Source of the DNA: Balanoglossus misakiensis
Taxonomy: Eukaryota; Animalia; Hemichordata
Assembly (NCBI GenBank): GCA_040954595.2
Contig: CM082596.2
Location: 10,374,461 to 10,438,460, forward strand
Reading direction: 5' to 3'
Length of the DNA: 64,000 bases
Made by a program: the position numbers and the translations under genes. Under the pieces are notes generated by a model. The model did not search any database. It was not told where the DNA came from and saw only the letters and a list, made by a program, of their open reading frames with translations. How positions within the stretch are numbered: position 1 is the stretch's first letter; the number at the start of each line of letters is the position of its first letter. Below are positions 32,001 through 47,000 of the stretch, piece after piece.

Positions 32001-35000
32001 CATTTTTTCATGATTTTCACCCATGATTTTTTTTCAAAAAATCGACGAAATTTTGAGATTTTGCAAAGTCGAAAATTTTTCATTTTTTGATTATTTTCAC
32101 CCATGATTTTTTTTTTCAAAAAATCGACACAATTTTGAGATTTTGCAAAGTCGAAAATTTGTAATTTTTTGATGATTTTCACCCATGTTTTTTTTCAAAA
32201 TTGAACGAACCCATGATTTTTTTCAAAAATCGACGAAATTTTGAGATTTTGCAAAGTCGAAAATTTGTCATTTTTTGATGATTTTCACCCATGATTTTTT
32301 TCAAAAATCGACAAAATTTTTAGATTTTGCAAAGTCGAAAATTTGTCATTTTTTGATTATTTTCACCCATGATTTTTTTCAAAAATCGACGAAATTTTGA
32401 GATTTTGCAAAGTCGAAAATTTTTCATTTTTTGATGATTTTCAACCATGATTTTTTTCAAAAATCTACGAAATTTTGAGATTTTGCAAAGTCGAAAATTT
32501 GTCATTTTTTGATGATTTTCACCCATGATTTTTTTCAAAAATCTGCGAAATTTTGAGATTTTGCAAAGTCGAAAATTTGTCATTTATTAATGATTTTCAC
32601 CCATGATTTTTTTTCAAAAATCGACAAAATTTTGAGATTTTGCAAAGTCGAAAATTTGTAATTTTTTGATGATTTTCACCCATGTTTTTTTTCAAAAATC
32701 AACGAACCCATGATTTTTTTCAAAAATCGACAACATTTTGAGATTTTGCAAAGTCGAAAATTTGTCATTTTTTGATGATTTTCACCCATGATTTTTCTCA
32801 AAAATCGACGAAATTTTGAGATTTTGCAAAGTCGAAAATTTTTCATTTTTTGATGATTTTCAGCCATGATTCTTTTCAAAAATCTACGAAATGTTGAGAT
32901 TTTGCAAAGTCGAAAATTTGTCATTTTTTGATGATTTTTTGATGATTTTCATCCATGATTTTTTTTCAAAAATCTGCGAAATTTTGAGATTTTGCAAAGT
33001 CGAAAATTTGTCATTTTTTGATGATTTTCACCCATGATTTTTTTTCAAAAAATCGACGAAATTTTGAGATTTTGCAAAGTCGAAAATTTTTCATTTTTTG
33101 ATTATTTTCACCCATGATTTTTTTTTTCAAAAAATCGACACAATTTTGAGATTTTGCAAAGTCGAAAATTTGTAATTTTTTGATGATTTTCACCCATGTT
33201 TTTTTTCAAAATTGAACGAACCCATGATTTTTTTCAAAAATCGACGAAATTTTGAGATTTTGCAAAGTCGAAAATTTGTCATTTTTTGATGATTTTCACC
33301 CATGATTTTTTTCAAAAATCGACAAAATTTTTAGATTTTGCAAAGTCGAAAAATTGTCATTTTTTGATTATTTTCACCCATGATTTTTTTCAAAAATCGA
33401 CAAAATTTTTAGATTTTGCAAAGTCGAAAATTTGTCATTTTTTGATGATTTTCACCATGATTTTTTTTTAAAAATCGACGAAATTTTGAGATTTTGCAAA
33501 GACGAAAATTTGTCATTTTTTTGATGATTTTCACCCATGTCTTTTCAAAAATCAACGAACCCATGATTTTTTTTCAAAAAAGGACAAAATTTTGAGATTT
33601 TGCAAAGTCGAAAATTTGTCATTTTTTGATGATTTTCACCCATGATTTTTCTCAAAAATCGACGAAATTTTGAGATTTTGCAAAGTCGAAAATTTGTCAT
33701 TTTTTGATTATTTTCATCCATGATTTTTTTCAAAAATCGACGAAATTTTTAGATTTTGCAAAGTCGAAAATTTGTCATTTTTTGATGATTTTCACCATGA
33801 TTTTTTTTTTAAAAATCGACGAAATTTTGAGATTTTGCAAAGACGAAAATTTGTCATTTTTTGATGATTTTCACCCATGATTTTTTTTCAAAAATGTACG
33901 AAATTTTGAGATTTTGCAAAGACAAAATTTTTTTCATTTTTTGATGATTTTCACCCGTGATTTTTTTTCAAAAATAGACAAAATTTTGAGATTTTGCAAA
34001 GTCGAAAATTTGACATTTTTTGATGATTTTCACCCATGTTTTTTTTCAAAAATCAACGAACCCATGATTTTTTTTCAAAAATCGACGAAATTTAGAGATT
34101 TTGCAAAGTCGAAAATTTGTCATTTCTTAATGATTTTCACCCGTTTTTTTTTCAAAAATCGACAAAATTTTGAGATTTTGCAAAGACGAAAATTTGTCAT
34201 TTTTTGATGATTTTCACCCATGATTTTTCTCAAAAATCGACGAAATTTTGAGATTTTGCAAAGTCGAAAATTTGTCATTTTTTGATGATTTTCACCCATG
34301 ATTTTTTTCAAAAATCTACGAAATTTTGAGATTTTGCAAAGCCGAAAATTTGTCATTTTTTGATGATTTTCACCCATGATTTTTTTCAAAAATCTGCGAA
34401 ATTTTGAGATTTTGCAAAGTCCAAAATTTGTCATATATTAATGATTTTCACCCATGATTTTTTTCAAAAATCGACGAAATTTGAGATTTTGCAAATTCGA
34501 AAATTTGTAATTTTTGAATGATTTTCACCCTTTTTTTCAAAAATCAACGAACCCATGATTTTTTTTCAAAAATCGACAAAATTTTGAGATTTTGCAAAGC
34601 CGAAAATTTGTAATTTTTTGATGATTTTTACCCATGATTTTTTTTTTCAAAAATCTGCGAAATTTTGAGATTTTGCAAAGACGAAAATTTGTAATTTTTT
34701 GATGATTTTCACCCATGACTTTTTTCAAAAATTTACGAAATTTTGAGATTTTGCAAAGTCGAAAAGTTGTCATTTTTTGATGATTTTCACCCATGTTTTT
34801 TTTTCAAAAATCGACGAAATTTTGAGATTTTGCAAATTCGAAAATTTGTAATTTTTTGATGATTTTCACCCATGTTTTTTTTCAAAAATCAACGAACCCA
34901 TGATTTTTTTTCAAAAATCGACAAAATTTTGAGATTTTGCAAAGCCGAAAATTTGTCATTTTTTGATGATTTTCACCCATGATTTTTCTCAAAAATCTAC

Positions 35001-38000
35001 GAAATTTTGAGATTTTGCAAAGTCGAAAATTTTTCATTTTTTGATGATTTTCACCCATGATTTTTTTCAAAAATCTACGAAATTTTGAGATTTTGCAAAG
35101 TCGAAAATTTGTAATTTTTTGATGATTTTCACCCATGTTTTTTTTCAAAAATCAACGAACCCATGATTTTTTTCAAAAATCGACAACATTTTGAGATTTT
35201 GCAAAGTCGAAAATTTGTCATTTTTTGATGATTTTCACCCATGATTTTTCTCAAAAATCGACGAAATTTTGAGATTTTGCAAAGTCGAAAATTTGTCATT
35301 TTTTGATGATTTTCACCCATGATTTTTTTTCAAAAAATCGACGAAATTTTGAGATTTTGCAAAGTCGAAAATTTGTCATTTTTTGATTATTTTCACCCAT
35401 GATTTTTTTTTTCAAAAATCGACAAAATTTTGAGATTTTGCAAAGTCGAAAATGTGTCATTTTTTTATGATTTTCACCCATGATTTTTTTCAAAAATCGA
35501 CGAAATTTGAGATTTTGCAAAGTCGAAAATTTGTCATTTTTTGATGATTTTCACCCATGATTTTTTTCAAAAATCGACGAAATTTGAGATTTTGCAAATT
35601 CGAAAATTTGTAATTTTTTGATGATTTTCACCCTTTTTTTTCAAAAATCAACGAACCCATGATTTTTTTTCAAAAATCGACAAAATTTTGAAATTTTTTA
35701 AAGCCGAAAATTTGTCATTTTTTGATGATTTTCACCCATGATTTTTCTCAAAAATCGACGAAATTTTGAGATTTTGCAAAGTCGAAAATTTGTCATTTTT
35801 TGATGATTTTCACCCATGATTTTTTTCAAAAATCTACGAAATTTTGAGATTTTGCAAAGTCGAAAATTTGTCTTTTTTGATGATTTTCACCCATGATTTT
35901 TTTCAAAAATCTGCGAAATTTTGAGATTTTGGAAAGTCGAAAATTTGTCATTTATTAATGATTTTCACCCATGATTTTTTTCAAAAATCGACGAAATTTG
36001 AGATTTTGCAAATTCGAAAATTTGTAATTTTTTGATGATTTTCATCCTTTTTTTTCAAAAATCAACGAACCCATGATTTTTTTTCAAAAATCGACAAAAT
36101 TTTGAGATTTTGCAAAGCCGAAAATTTGTCATTTTTTGATGATTTTCACCCATGATTTTTCTCAAAAATCTACGAAATTTTGAGATTTTGCAAAGTCGAA
36201 AATTTGTCATTTTTTGATGATTTTCACCCATGATTTTTTTCAAAAATCTACGGAATTTTGAGATTTTGCAAAGTCGAAAATTTGTCATTTTTTGATGATT
36301 TTCACCCATGTTTTTTTTCAAAAATCAACGAACCCATGATTTTTTTCAAAAATCGACAAAATTTTGAGATTTTGCAAAGCCGAAAATTTGTCATTTTTTG
36401 ATGATTTTCACCCATGATTTTTCTCAAAAATCTACGAAATTTTGAGATTTTGCAAAGTCGAAAATTTGTCATTTTTTGATGATTTTCACCCATGAATTTT
36501 TTCAAAAATCTACGAAATTTTGAGATTTTGCAAAGTCGAAAATTTGTCATTTTTTGATGATTTTCACCCATGATTTTTTTCAAAAATCTGCGAAATTTTG
36601 AGATTTTGCAAAGTCGAAAATTTGTCATTTATTAATGATTTTCACCCATGATTTTTTTTCAAAAATCGACAAAATTTTGAGATTTTGCAAAGTCGAAAAT
36701 TTGTAATTTTTTGATGATTTTCACCCATGTTTTTTTTCAAAAATCAACGAACCCATGATTTTTTTCAAAAATCGACAACATTTTGAGATTTTGCAAAGTC
36801 GAAAATTTGTAATTTTTTGATGATTTTCACCCATGATTTTTCTCAAAAATCGACGAAATTTTGAGATTTTGCAAAGTCGAAAATTTTTCATTTTTTGATG
36901 ATTTTCACCCATGATTTTTTTCAAAAATCTACGAAATTTTGAGATTTTGCAAAGTCGAAAATTTGTCATTTTTTGATGATTTTCACCCATGATTTTTTTT
37001 CAAAAAATCGACGAAATTTTGAGATTTTGCAAAGTCGAAAATTTGTCATTTTTTGATTATTTTCACCCATGATTTTTTTTTTCAAAAATCGACAAAATTT
37101 TGAGATTTTGCAAAGTCGAAAATGTGTCATTTTTTTATGATTTTCACCCATGATTTTTTTCAAAAATCGACGAAATTTGAGATTTTGCAAAGTCGAAAAT
37201 TTGTCATTTTTTGCTGATTTTCACCCATGATTTTTTTCAAAAATCGACGAAATTTGAGATTTTGCAAATTCGAAAATTTGTAATTTTTAATGATTTTCAC
37301 CCTTTTTTTTCAAAAATCAACGAACCCATGATTTTTTTTCAAAAATCGACAAAATTTTGAAATTTTTTAAAGCCGAAAATTTGTCATTTTTTGATGATTT
37401 TCACCCATGATTTTTCTCAAAAATCGACGAAATTTTGAGATTTTGCAAAGTCGAAAATTTTTCATTTTTTGATGATTTTCACCCATGATTTTTTTCAAAA
37501 ATCTACGAAATTTTGAGATTTTGCAAAGTCGAAAATTTGTCTTTTTTGATGATTTTCACCCATGATTTTTTTCAAAAATCTGCGAAATTTTGAGATTTTG
37601 CAAAGTCGAAAATTTGTCATTTATTAATGATTTTCACCCATGATTTTTTTCAAAAATCGACGAAATTTGAGATTTTGCAAATTCGAAAATTTGTAATTTT
37701 TTGATGATTTTCATCCTTTTTTTTTCAAAAATCAACGAACCCATGATTTTTTTTCAAAAATCGACAAAATTTTGAGATTTTGCAAAGCCGAAAATTTGTC
37801 ATTTTTTGATGATTTTCACCCATGATTTTTCTCAAAAATCTACGAAATTTTGAGATTTTGCAAAGTCGAAAATTTGTCATTTTTTGATGATTTTCACCCA
37901 TGATTTTTTTCAAAAATCTACGGAATTTTGAGATTTTGCAAAGTCGAAAATTTGTCATTTTTTGATGATTTTCACCCATGTTTTTTTTCAAAAATCAACG

Positions 38001-41000
38001 AACCCATGATTTTTTTCAAAAATCGACAAAATTTTGAGATTTTGCAAAGCCGAAAATTTGTCATTTTTTGATGATTTTCACCCATGATTTTTCTCAAAAA
38101 TCTACGAAATTTTGAGATTTTGCAAAGTCGAAAATTTGTCATTTTTTGATGATTTTCACCCATGATTTTTTTCAAAAATCTACGAAATTTTGAGATTTTG
38201 CAAAGTCGAAAATTTGTCATTTTTTGATGATTTTCACCCATGATTTTTTTCAAAAATCTGCGAAATTTTGAGATTTTGCAAAGTCGAAAATTTGTCATTT
38301 ATTAATGATTTTCACCCATGATTTTTTTTCAAAAATCGACAAAATTTTGAGATTTTGCAAAGTCGAAAATTTGTAATTTTTTGATGATTTTCACCCATGT
38401 TTTTTTTCAAAAATCAACGAACCCATGATTTTTTTCAAAAATCGACAACATTTTGAGATTTTGCAAAGTCGAAAATTTGTAATTTTTTGATGATTTTCAC
38501 CCATGATTTTTCTCAAAAATCGACGAAATTTTGAGATTTTGCAAAGTCGAAAATTTTTCATTTTTTGATGATTTTCACCCATGATTTTTTTCAAAAATCT
38601 ACGAAATTTTGAGATTTTGCAAAGTCGAAATTTTGTCATTTTTTGATGATTTTCACCCATGATTTTTTTTCAAAAAATCGACGAAATTTTGAGATTTTTC
38701 AAAGTCTAAAATTTGTCATTTTTTGATTATTTTCACCCATGATTTTTTTTTGTCAAAAAATGGACAAAATTTTGAGATTTTGCAAAGTCGAAAATGTGTC
38801 ATTTTTTTGATGATTTTCACCCATGATTTTATTCAAAAATCGACGAAATTTGAGATTTTGCAAAGTCGAAAATGTGTCATTTTTTGATGATTTTCACCCA
38901 TGATTTTTTTTCAAAAATCTACGAAATTTTGAGATTTTGCAAAGTCGAAAATTTGTCATTTTTTGATGATTTTCACCCATGATTTTTGTCAAAAATCGAC
39001 GAAATTTTGAGATTTTGCAAAGTCGAAAATTTGTAATTTTTTGATGATTTTCACCCATGTATTTTTTCAAAATTGAACGAACCCATGATTTTTTTCAAAA
39101 ATAGACGAAATTTTGAGATTTTGCAAAGTCGAAAATTTGTAATTTTTTGATGATTTTCACCCATGTATTTTTTCAAAATTGAACGAACCCATGATTTTTT
39201 TCAAAAATAGACGAAATTTTGAGATTTTGCAAAGTCGAAAATTTGTCATTTTTTGATGATTTTCACCCATGTTTTTTTTCAAAAATCAACGAACCCATGA
39301 TTTTTTTCAAAAATCGACAACATTTTGAGATTTTGCAAAGTCGAAAATTTGTCATTTTTGATGATTTTCACCCATGATTTTTCTCAAAAATCGACGAAAT
39401 TTTGAGATTTTGCAAAGTCGAAAATTTTTCATTTTTTGATGATTTTCACCCATGATTTTTTTCAAAAATCTACGAAATTTTGAGATTTTGCAAAGTCGAA
39501 ATTTTGTCATTTTTTGATGATTTTCACCCATGATTTTTTTTCAAAAATCTGCGAAATTTTGAGATTTTGCAAAGTCGAAAATTTGTCATTTTTTGATGAT
39601 TTTCACCCATGATTTTTTTTCAAAAAATCGACGAAATTTTGAGATTTTGCAATGTCGAAAATTTGTCATTTTTTGATGATTTTCACCCATGATTTTTTTT
39701 TTCAAAAATCGACAAAATTTTGAGATTTTGCAGTCAAAAATGTGTCATTTTTTGATGATTTTCACCCATGATTTTTTTCAAAAATCGACGAAATTTGAGA
39801 TTTTGCAAAGACGAAAATGTGTCATTTTTTGATGATTTTCACCCATGATTTTTTTTCAAAAATCTACGAAATTTTGAGATTTTGCAAAGTCGAAAATTTG
39901 TCATTTTTTGATGATTTTCACCAATGATTTTTCTCAAAAATCGACGAAATTTTGAGATTTTGCAAAGTCGAAAATTTGTCATTTTTTGATGATTTTCACC
40001 AATGATTTCTTTTTTCAAAAATCTACGAAATTTTGAGATTTTGCAAAGTCGAAAATTTGTCATTTTTTGATGATTTTCACCCATGATTTTTTTCAAAAAT
40101 CGACAACATTTTGAGATTTTGCAAAGTCGAAAATTTGTCATTTTTTGATGATTTTCACCCATGATTTTTCTCAAAAATCGACGAAATTTTGAGATTTTGC
40201 AAAGTCGAAAATTTGTCATTTTTTGATGATTTTCACCCATGATTTTTTTCAAAAATCTACGAAATTTTGAGATTTTGCAAAGTCGAAATTTTGTCATTTT
40301 TTGATGATTTTCACCCATGATTTTTTTTCAAAAATCTGCGAAATTTTGAGATTTTGCAAAGTCGAAAATTTGTCATTTTTTGATGATTTTCACCCATGAT
40401 TTTTTTCAAAATTCTACGAAATTTTGAGATTTTGCAAAGTCGAAATTTTGTCATTTTTTGATGATTTTCACCCATGATTTTTTTTCAAAAAATCGACGAA
40501 ATTTTGAGATTTTGCAAAGTCGAAAATTTGTCATTTTTTGATTATATTCACCCATGATTGTTTTTTTCAAAAAATGGACAAAATTTTGAGATTTTGCAAA
40601 GTCGAAAATGTGTCATTTTTTTGATGATTTTCACCCATGATTTTTTTCAAAAATCTACGAAATTTTGAGATTTTGCAAAGTCGAAAATTTGTCATTTTTT
40701 GATGATTTTCACCCATGATTTTTCTCAAAAATCGACGAAATTTTGAGATTTTGCTAAGTCGAAAATTTGTAATTTTTTGATGATTTTCACCCATGTATTT
40801 TTTTTCAAAATTGAACGAACCCATGATTTTTTTCAAAAATAGACGAAATTTTGAGATTTTGCAAAGTCGAAAATTTGTCATTTTTTGATGATTTTCACCC
40901 ATGATTTTTTTTCAAAAAATCGACGAAATTTTGAGATTTTGCAATGTCGAAAATTTGTCATTTTTTGATGATTTTCACCCATGATTTTTTTTTTCAAAAA

Positions 41001-44000
41001 TCGACAAAATTTTGAGATTTTGCAGTCAAAAATGTGTCATTTTTTGATGATTTTCACCCATGATTTTTTTCAAAAATCGACGAAATTTGAGATTTTGCAA
41101 AGACGAAAATGTGTCATTTTTTGATGATTTTCACCCATGATTTTTTTTCAAAAATCTACGAAATTTTGAGATTTTGCAAAGTCGAAAATTTGTCATTTTT
41201 TGATGATTTTCACCCATGATTTTTTTCAAAATTCTACGAAATTTTGAGATTTTGCAAAGTCGAAATTTTGTCATTTTTTGATTATTTTCACCCATGATTT
41301 TTTTTTTCAAAAAATGGACAAAATTTTGAGATTTTGCAAAGTCGAAAATGTGTCATTTTTTTGATGATTTTCACCCATGATTTTTTTCAAAAATCTACGA
41401 AATTTTGAGATTTTGCAAAGTCGAAAATTTGTCATTTTTTGATGATTTTCACCCATGATTTTTCTCAAAAATCGACGAAATTTTGAGATTTTGCTAAGTC
41501 GAAAATTTGTAATTTTTTGATGATTTTCACCCATGTATTTTTTCTTCAAAATTGAACGAACCCATGATTTTTTTCAAAAATAGACGAAATTTTGAGATTT
41601 TGCAAAGTCGAAAATTTGTCATTTTTTGATGATTTTCACCCATGATTTTTTTTCAAAAAATCGACGAAATTTTGAGATTTTGCAATGTCGAAAATTTGTC
41701 ATTTTTTGATGATTTTCACCCATGATTTTTTTTTTCCAAAATCGACAAAATTTTGAGATTTTGCAGTCAAAAATGTGTCATTTTTTGATGATTTTCACCC
41801 ATGATTTTTCTCAAAAATCGACGAAATTTTGAGATTTTGCAAAGTCGAAAATTTGTCATTTTTTGATGATTTTCACCCATGATTTTTTTCAAAAATCTAC
41901 GAAATTTTGAGATTTTGCAAATTCGAAAATTTGTAATTTTTTGATGATTTTCACCCATGTTTTTTTTCAAAAATCAACGAACCCATGATTTTTTTTCAAA
42001 AATCGACAAAATTTTGAGATTTTGCAAAGTCGAAAATGTGTCATTTTTTGATTATTTTCACCCATGATTTTTTTCAAAAATCGACAAAATTTTGAGATTT
42101 TGCAAAGACGAAAATTTGTCATTTTTTGATGATTTTCACCCATGATTTTTTTTCAAAAATGTACGAAATTTTGAGATTTTGCAAAGTCGAAAATTTGTCA
42201 TTTTTTGATGATTTTCACCCATGATTTTTTTCAAAAATAGACGAAATTTTGAGATTTTGCAAAGTCGAAAATTTGTCATTTTTTGATGATTTTCACCCAT
42301 GATTTTTTTTCAAAAAATCGACGAAATTTTGAGATTTTGCAATGTCGAAAATTTGTCATTTTTTGATGATTTTCACCCATGATTTTTTTTTTCAAAAATC
42401 GACAAAATTTTGAGATTTTGCAGTCAAAAATGTGTCATTTTTTGATGATTTTCACCCATGATTTTTTTCAAAAATCGACGAAATTTGAGATTTTGCAAAG
42501 ACGAAAATGTGTCATTTTTTGATGATTTTCACCCATGATTTTTTTTCAAAAATCTACGAAATTTTGAGATTTTGCAAAGTCGAAAATTTGTCATTTTTTG
42601 ATGATTTTCACCAATGATTTTTCTCAAAAATCGACGAAATTTTGAGATTTTGCAAAGTCGAAAATTTGTCATTTTTTGATGATTTTCACCCATGATTTTT
42701 TTCAAAAATCGACGAAATTTGAGATTTTGCAAAGTCGAAAATTTGTCATTTTTTGATGATTTTCACCCATGATTTTTTTCAAAAATCTACGAAATTTTGA
42801 GATTTTGCAAATTCGAAAATTTGTAATTTTTTGATGATTTTCACCCATGTTTTTTTTCAAAAATCAACGAACCCATGATTTTTTTTCAAAAATCGACAAA
42901 ATTTTGAGATTTTGCAAAGTCGAAAATGTGTCATTTTTTGATTATTTTCACCCATGATTTTTTTCAAAAATCGACAAAATTTTGAGATTTTGCAAAGACG
43001 AAAATTTGTCATTTTTTGATGATTTTCACCAATGATTTTTTTTCAAAAATGTACGAAATTTTGAGATTTTGCAAAGTCGAAAATTTGTCATTTTTTGATG
43101 ATTTTCACCCGTGATTTTTCTCAAAAATCGACGAAATTTTGAGATTTTGCAAAGTCGAAAATTTGTCATTTTTTGATGATTTTCGCCCATGATTTTTTTT
43201 CAAAAATGTACGAAATTTTGAGATTTTGCAAATTCGAAAATTTGTAATTTTTTAATGATTTTCACCCTTTTTTTTCAAAAATCAACGAACCCATGATTTT
43301 TTTTAAAAATCGACAAAATTTTGAGATTTTGCAAAGCCGAAAATTTGTCATTTTTTGATGATTTTCACCCATGATTTTTTTCAAAAATCGACCAAATTTT
43401 GAGATTTTGCAAAGTCGAAAATTTGTCATTTTTTGATGATTTTCACCCATGATTTTTTTTTCAAAAACCGACAAAATTTTGAGATTATGCAAAGTCGAAA
43501 ATTTGTCATTTTTTGATTATTTTCACCCATGATTTTTTTCAAAAATCGACAACATTTTGAGATTTTGCAAAGTCGAAAATTTGTCATTTTTTGATGATTT
43601 TCTACCATGATTTTTTTCAAAAATCGACGAAATTTAGAGATTTTGCAAAGTCGAAAATTTGTCATTTTTTGATGATTTTCACCCATGATTTTTTTTTCAA
43701 AAACCGACAAAATTTTGAGATTTTGCAAAGTCGAAAATTTGTCATTTTTTGATTATTTTCACCCATGATTTTTTTCAAAAATCGACAAAATTTTTAGATT
43801 TTGCAAAGTCGAAAATTTGTCATTTTTTGATGATTTTCACCCATGATTTTTCTCAAAAATCGACGAAATTTTGAGATTTTGCAAACTCGAAAATTTTTCA
43901 TTTTTTGATGATTTTCACCCATGATTTTTTTCAAAAATCTTCGAAATGTTGAGATTTTGCAAAGTCGAAATTTTGTCATTTTTTGATGATTTTTACCCAT

Positions 44001-47000
44001 GATTTTTTTTTTCAAAAATCGACCAAATTTTGAGATTTTGCAAAGACGAAAATGTGTCATTTTTTGATGATTTTCACCCATGATTTTTTTTCAAAAATCT
44101 ACGAAATTTTGAGATTTTGCAAAGTCGAAAATTTGTCATTTTTTGATGATTTTCACCCATGATTTCTTTTTTCAAAAATCTACGAAATTTTGAGATTTTG
44201 CAAAGTCGAAAATTTGTCATTTTTTGATGATTTTCACCCATGATTTCTTTTTTCAAAAATCTACGAAATTTTGAGATTTTGCAAAGTCGAAAATTTGTCA
44301 TTTTTTGATGATTTTCACCCATGATTTTTTTCAAAAATCGACGAAATTTGAGATTTTGCAAAGTCGAAAATTTGTCATTTTTTGATGATTTTCACCCATG
44401 ATTTTTTTCAAAAATCTACGAAATTTTGAGATTTTGCAAAGTCGAAAATTTTTCATTTTTTGATGATTTTCACCCATGATTTTTTTCAAAAATCTACAAA
44501 ATTTTTAGATTTTGCAAAGTCGAAAATTTGTAATTTTTTGATGATTTTTACCCATGATTTTTTTTTTCAAAAATCTGCGAAATTTTGAGATTTTGCAAAG
44601 ACGAAAATTTGTAATTTTTTGATGATTTTCACCCATGACTTTTTTCAAAAATTTACGAAATTTTGAGATTTTGCAAAGTCGAAAAGTTGTCATTTTTTGA
44701 TGATTTTCACCCATGTTTTTTTTTCAAAAATCGACGAAATTTTGAGATTTTGCACAGTCGAAAATTTGTCATTTTTTGATGATTTTTACACATGATTTTT
44801 TTTCAAAAATCGACAAAATTTTGAGATTTTGCAAAGCCGAAAATTTGTCATTTTTTGATGATTTTCACCCATGATTTTTCTCAAAAATCGACGAAATTTT
44901 GAGATTTTGCAAAGTCGAAAATTTTTCATTTTTTGATGATTTTCACCCATGATTTTTTTTCAAAAATCTACGAAATTTTGAGATTTTGCAAAGTCGAAAA
45001 TTTGTCTTTTTTGATGATTTTCACCCATGATTTTTTTTCAAAAATCTGCGAAATTTTGAGATTTTGGAAAGTCGAAAATTTGTCATTTATTAATGATTTT
45101 CACCCATGATTTTTTTCAAAAATCGACGAAATTTGAGATTTTGCAAATTCGAAAATTTGTAATTTTTTGATGATTTTCATCCTTTTTTTTCAAAAATCAA
45201 CGAACCCATGATTTTTTTTCAAAAATCGACAAAATTTTGAGATTTTGCAAAGCCGAAAATTTGTCATTTTTTGATGATTTTCACCCATGATTTTTCTCAA
45301 AAATCTACGAAATTTTGAGATTTTGCAAAGTCGAAAATTTGTCATTTTTTGATGATTTTCACCCATGATTTTTTTCAAAAATCTACGGAATTTTGAGATT
45401 TTGCAAAGTCGAAAATTTGTCATTTTTTGATGATTTTCACCCATGTTTTTTTTCAAAAATCAACGAACCCATGATTTTTTTCAAAAATCGACAAAATTTT
45501 GAGATTTTGCAAAGCCGAAAATTTGTCATTTTTTGATGATTTTCACCCATGATTTTTCTCAAAAATCTACGAAATTTTGAGATTTTGCAAAGTCGAAAAT
45601 TTGTCATTTTTTGATGATTTTCACCCATGATTTTTTTCAAAAATCTACGAAATTTTGAGATTTTGCAAAGTCGAAAATTTGTCATTTTTTGATGATTTTC
45701 ACCCATGATTTTTTTCAAAAATCTGCGAAATTTTGAGATTTTGCAAAGTCGAAAATTTGTCATTTATTAATGATTTTCACCCATGATTTTTTTTCAAAAA
45801 TCGACAAAATTTTGAGATTTTGCAAAGTCGAAAATTTGTAATTTTTTGATGATTTTCACCCATGTTTTTTTTCAAAAATCAACGAACCCATGATTTTTTT
45901 CAAAAATCGACAACATTTTGAGATTTTGCAAAGTCGAAAATTTGTAATTTTTTGATGATTTTCACCCATGTTTTTTTTTCAAAAATCAACGAACCCATGA
46001 TTTTTTTTCAAAAATCGACGAAATTTAGAGATTTTGCAAAGTCGAAAATTTGTCATTTCTTAATGATTTTCACCCGTTTTTTTTTCAAAAATCGACAAAA
46101 TTTTGAGATTTTGCAAAGACGAAAATTTGTCATTTTTTGATGATTTTCACCCATGATTTTTCTCAAAAATCGACGAAATTTTGAGATTTTGCAAAGTCGA
46201 AAATTTGTCATTTTTTGATGATTTTCACCCATGATTTTTTTCAAAAATCTACGAAATTTTGAGATTTTGCAAAGCCGAAAATTTGTCATTTTTTGATGAT
46301 TTTCACCCATGATTTTTTTCAAAAATCTGCGAAATTTTGAGATTTTGCAAAGTCCAAAATTTGTCATATATTAATGATTTTCACCCATGATTTTTTTCAA
46401 AAATCGACGAAATTTGAGATTTTGCAAATTCGAAAATTTGTAATTTTTGAATGATTTTCACCCTTTTTTTTCAAAAATCAACGAACCCATGATTTTTTTT
46501 CAAAAATCGACAAAATTTTGAGATTTTGCAAAGCCGAAAATTTGTCATTTTTTGATGATTTTCACCCATGATTTTTTTCAAAAATCGACGAAATTTTGAG
46601 ATTTTGCAAAGTCGAAAATTTGTCATTTTTTGATGATTTTCACCCATGATTTTTTCCAAAAATCGACGAAATTTGAGATTTTGCAAAGTCAAAAATTTGT
46701 CATTTTTTGATGATTTTCACCCATGATTTTTTTCAAAAATCGACGAAATTTTGAGATTTTGCAAAGTCGAAAATGTGTCATTTTTTGATGATTTTCACCC
46801 ATGATTTTTTTCAAAAATCGACGAAATTTGAGATTTTGCAAAGTCGAAAATTTGTCATTTTTTGATGATTTTTACCCATGATTTTTTTTTCAAAAATCGA
46901 CCAAATTTTGAGATTTTGCAAAGCCGAAAATTTGTCATTTTTTGATGATTTTCACCCATGATTTTTCTCAAAAATCGACGAAATTTTGAGATTTTGCAAA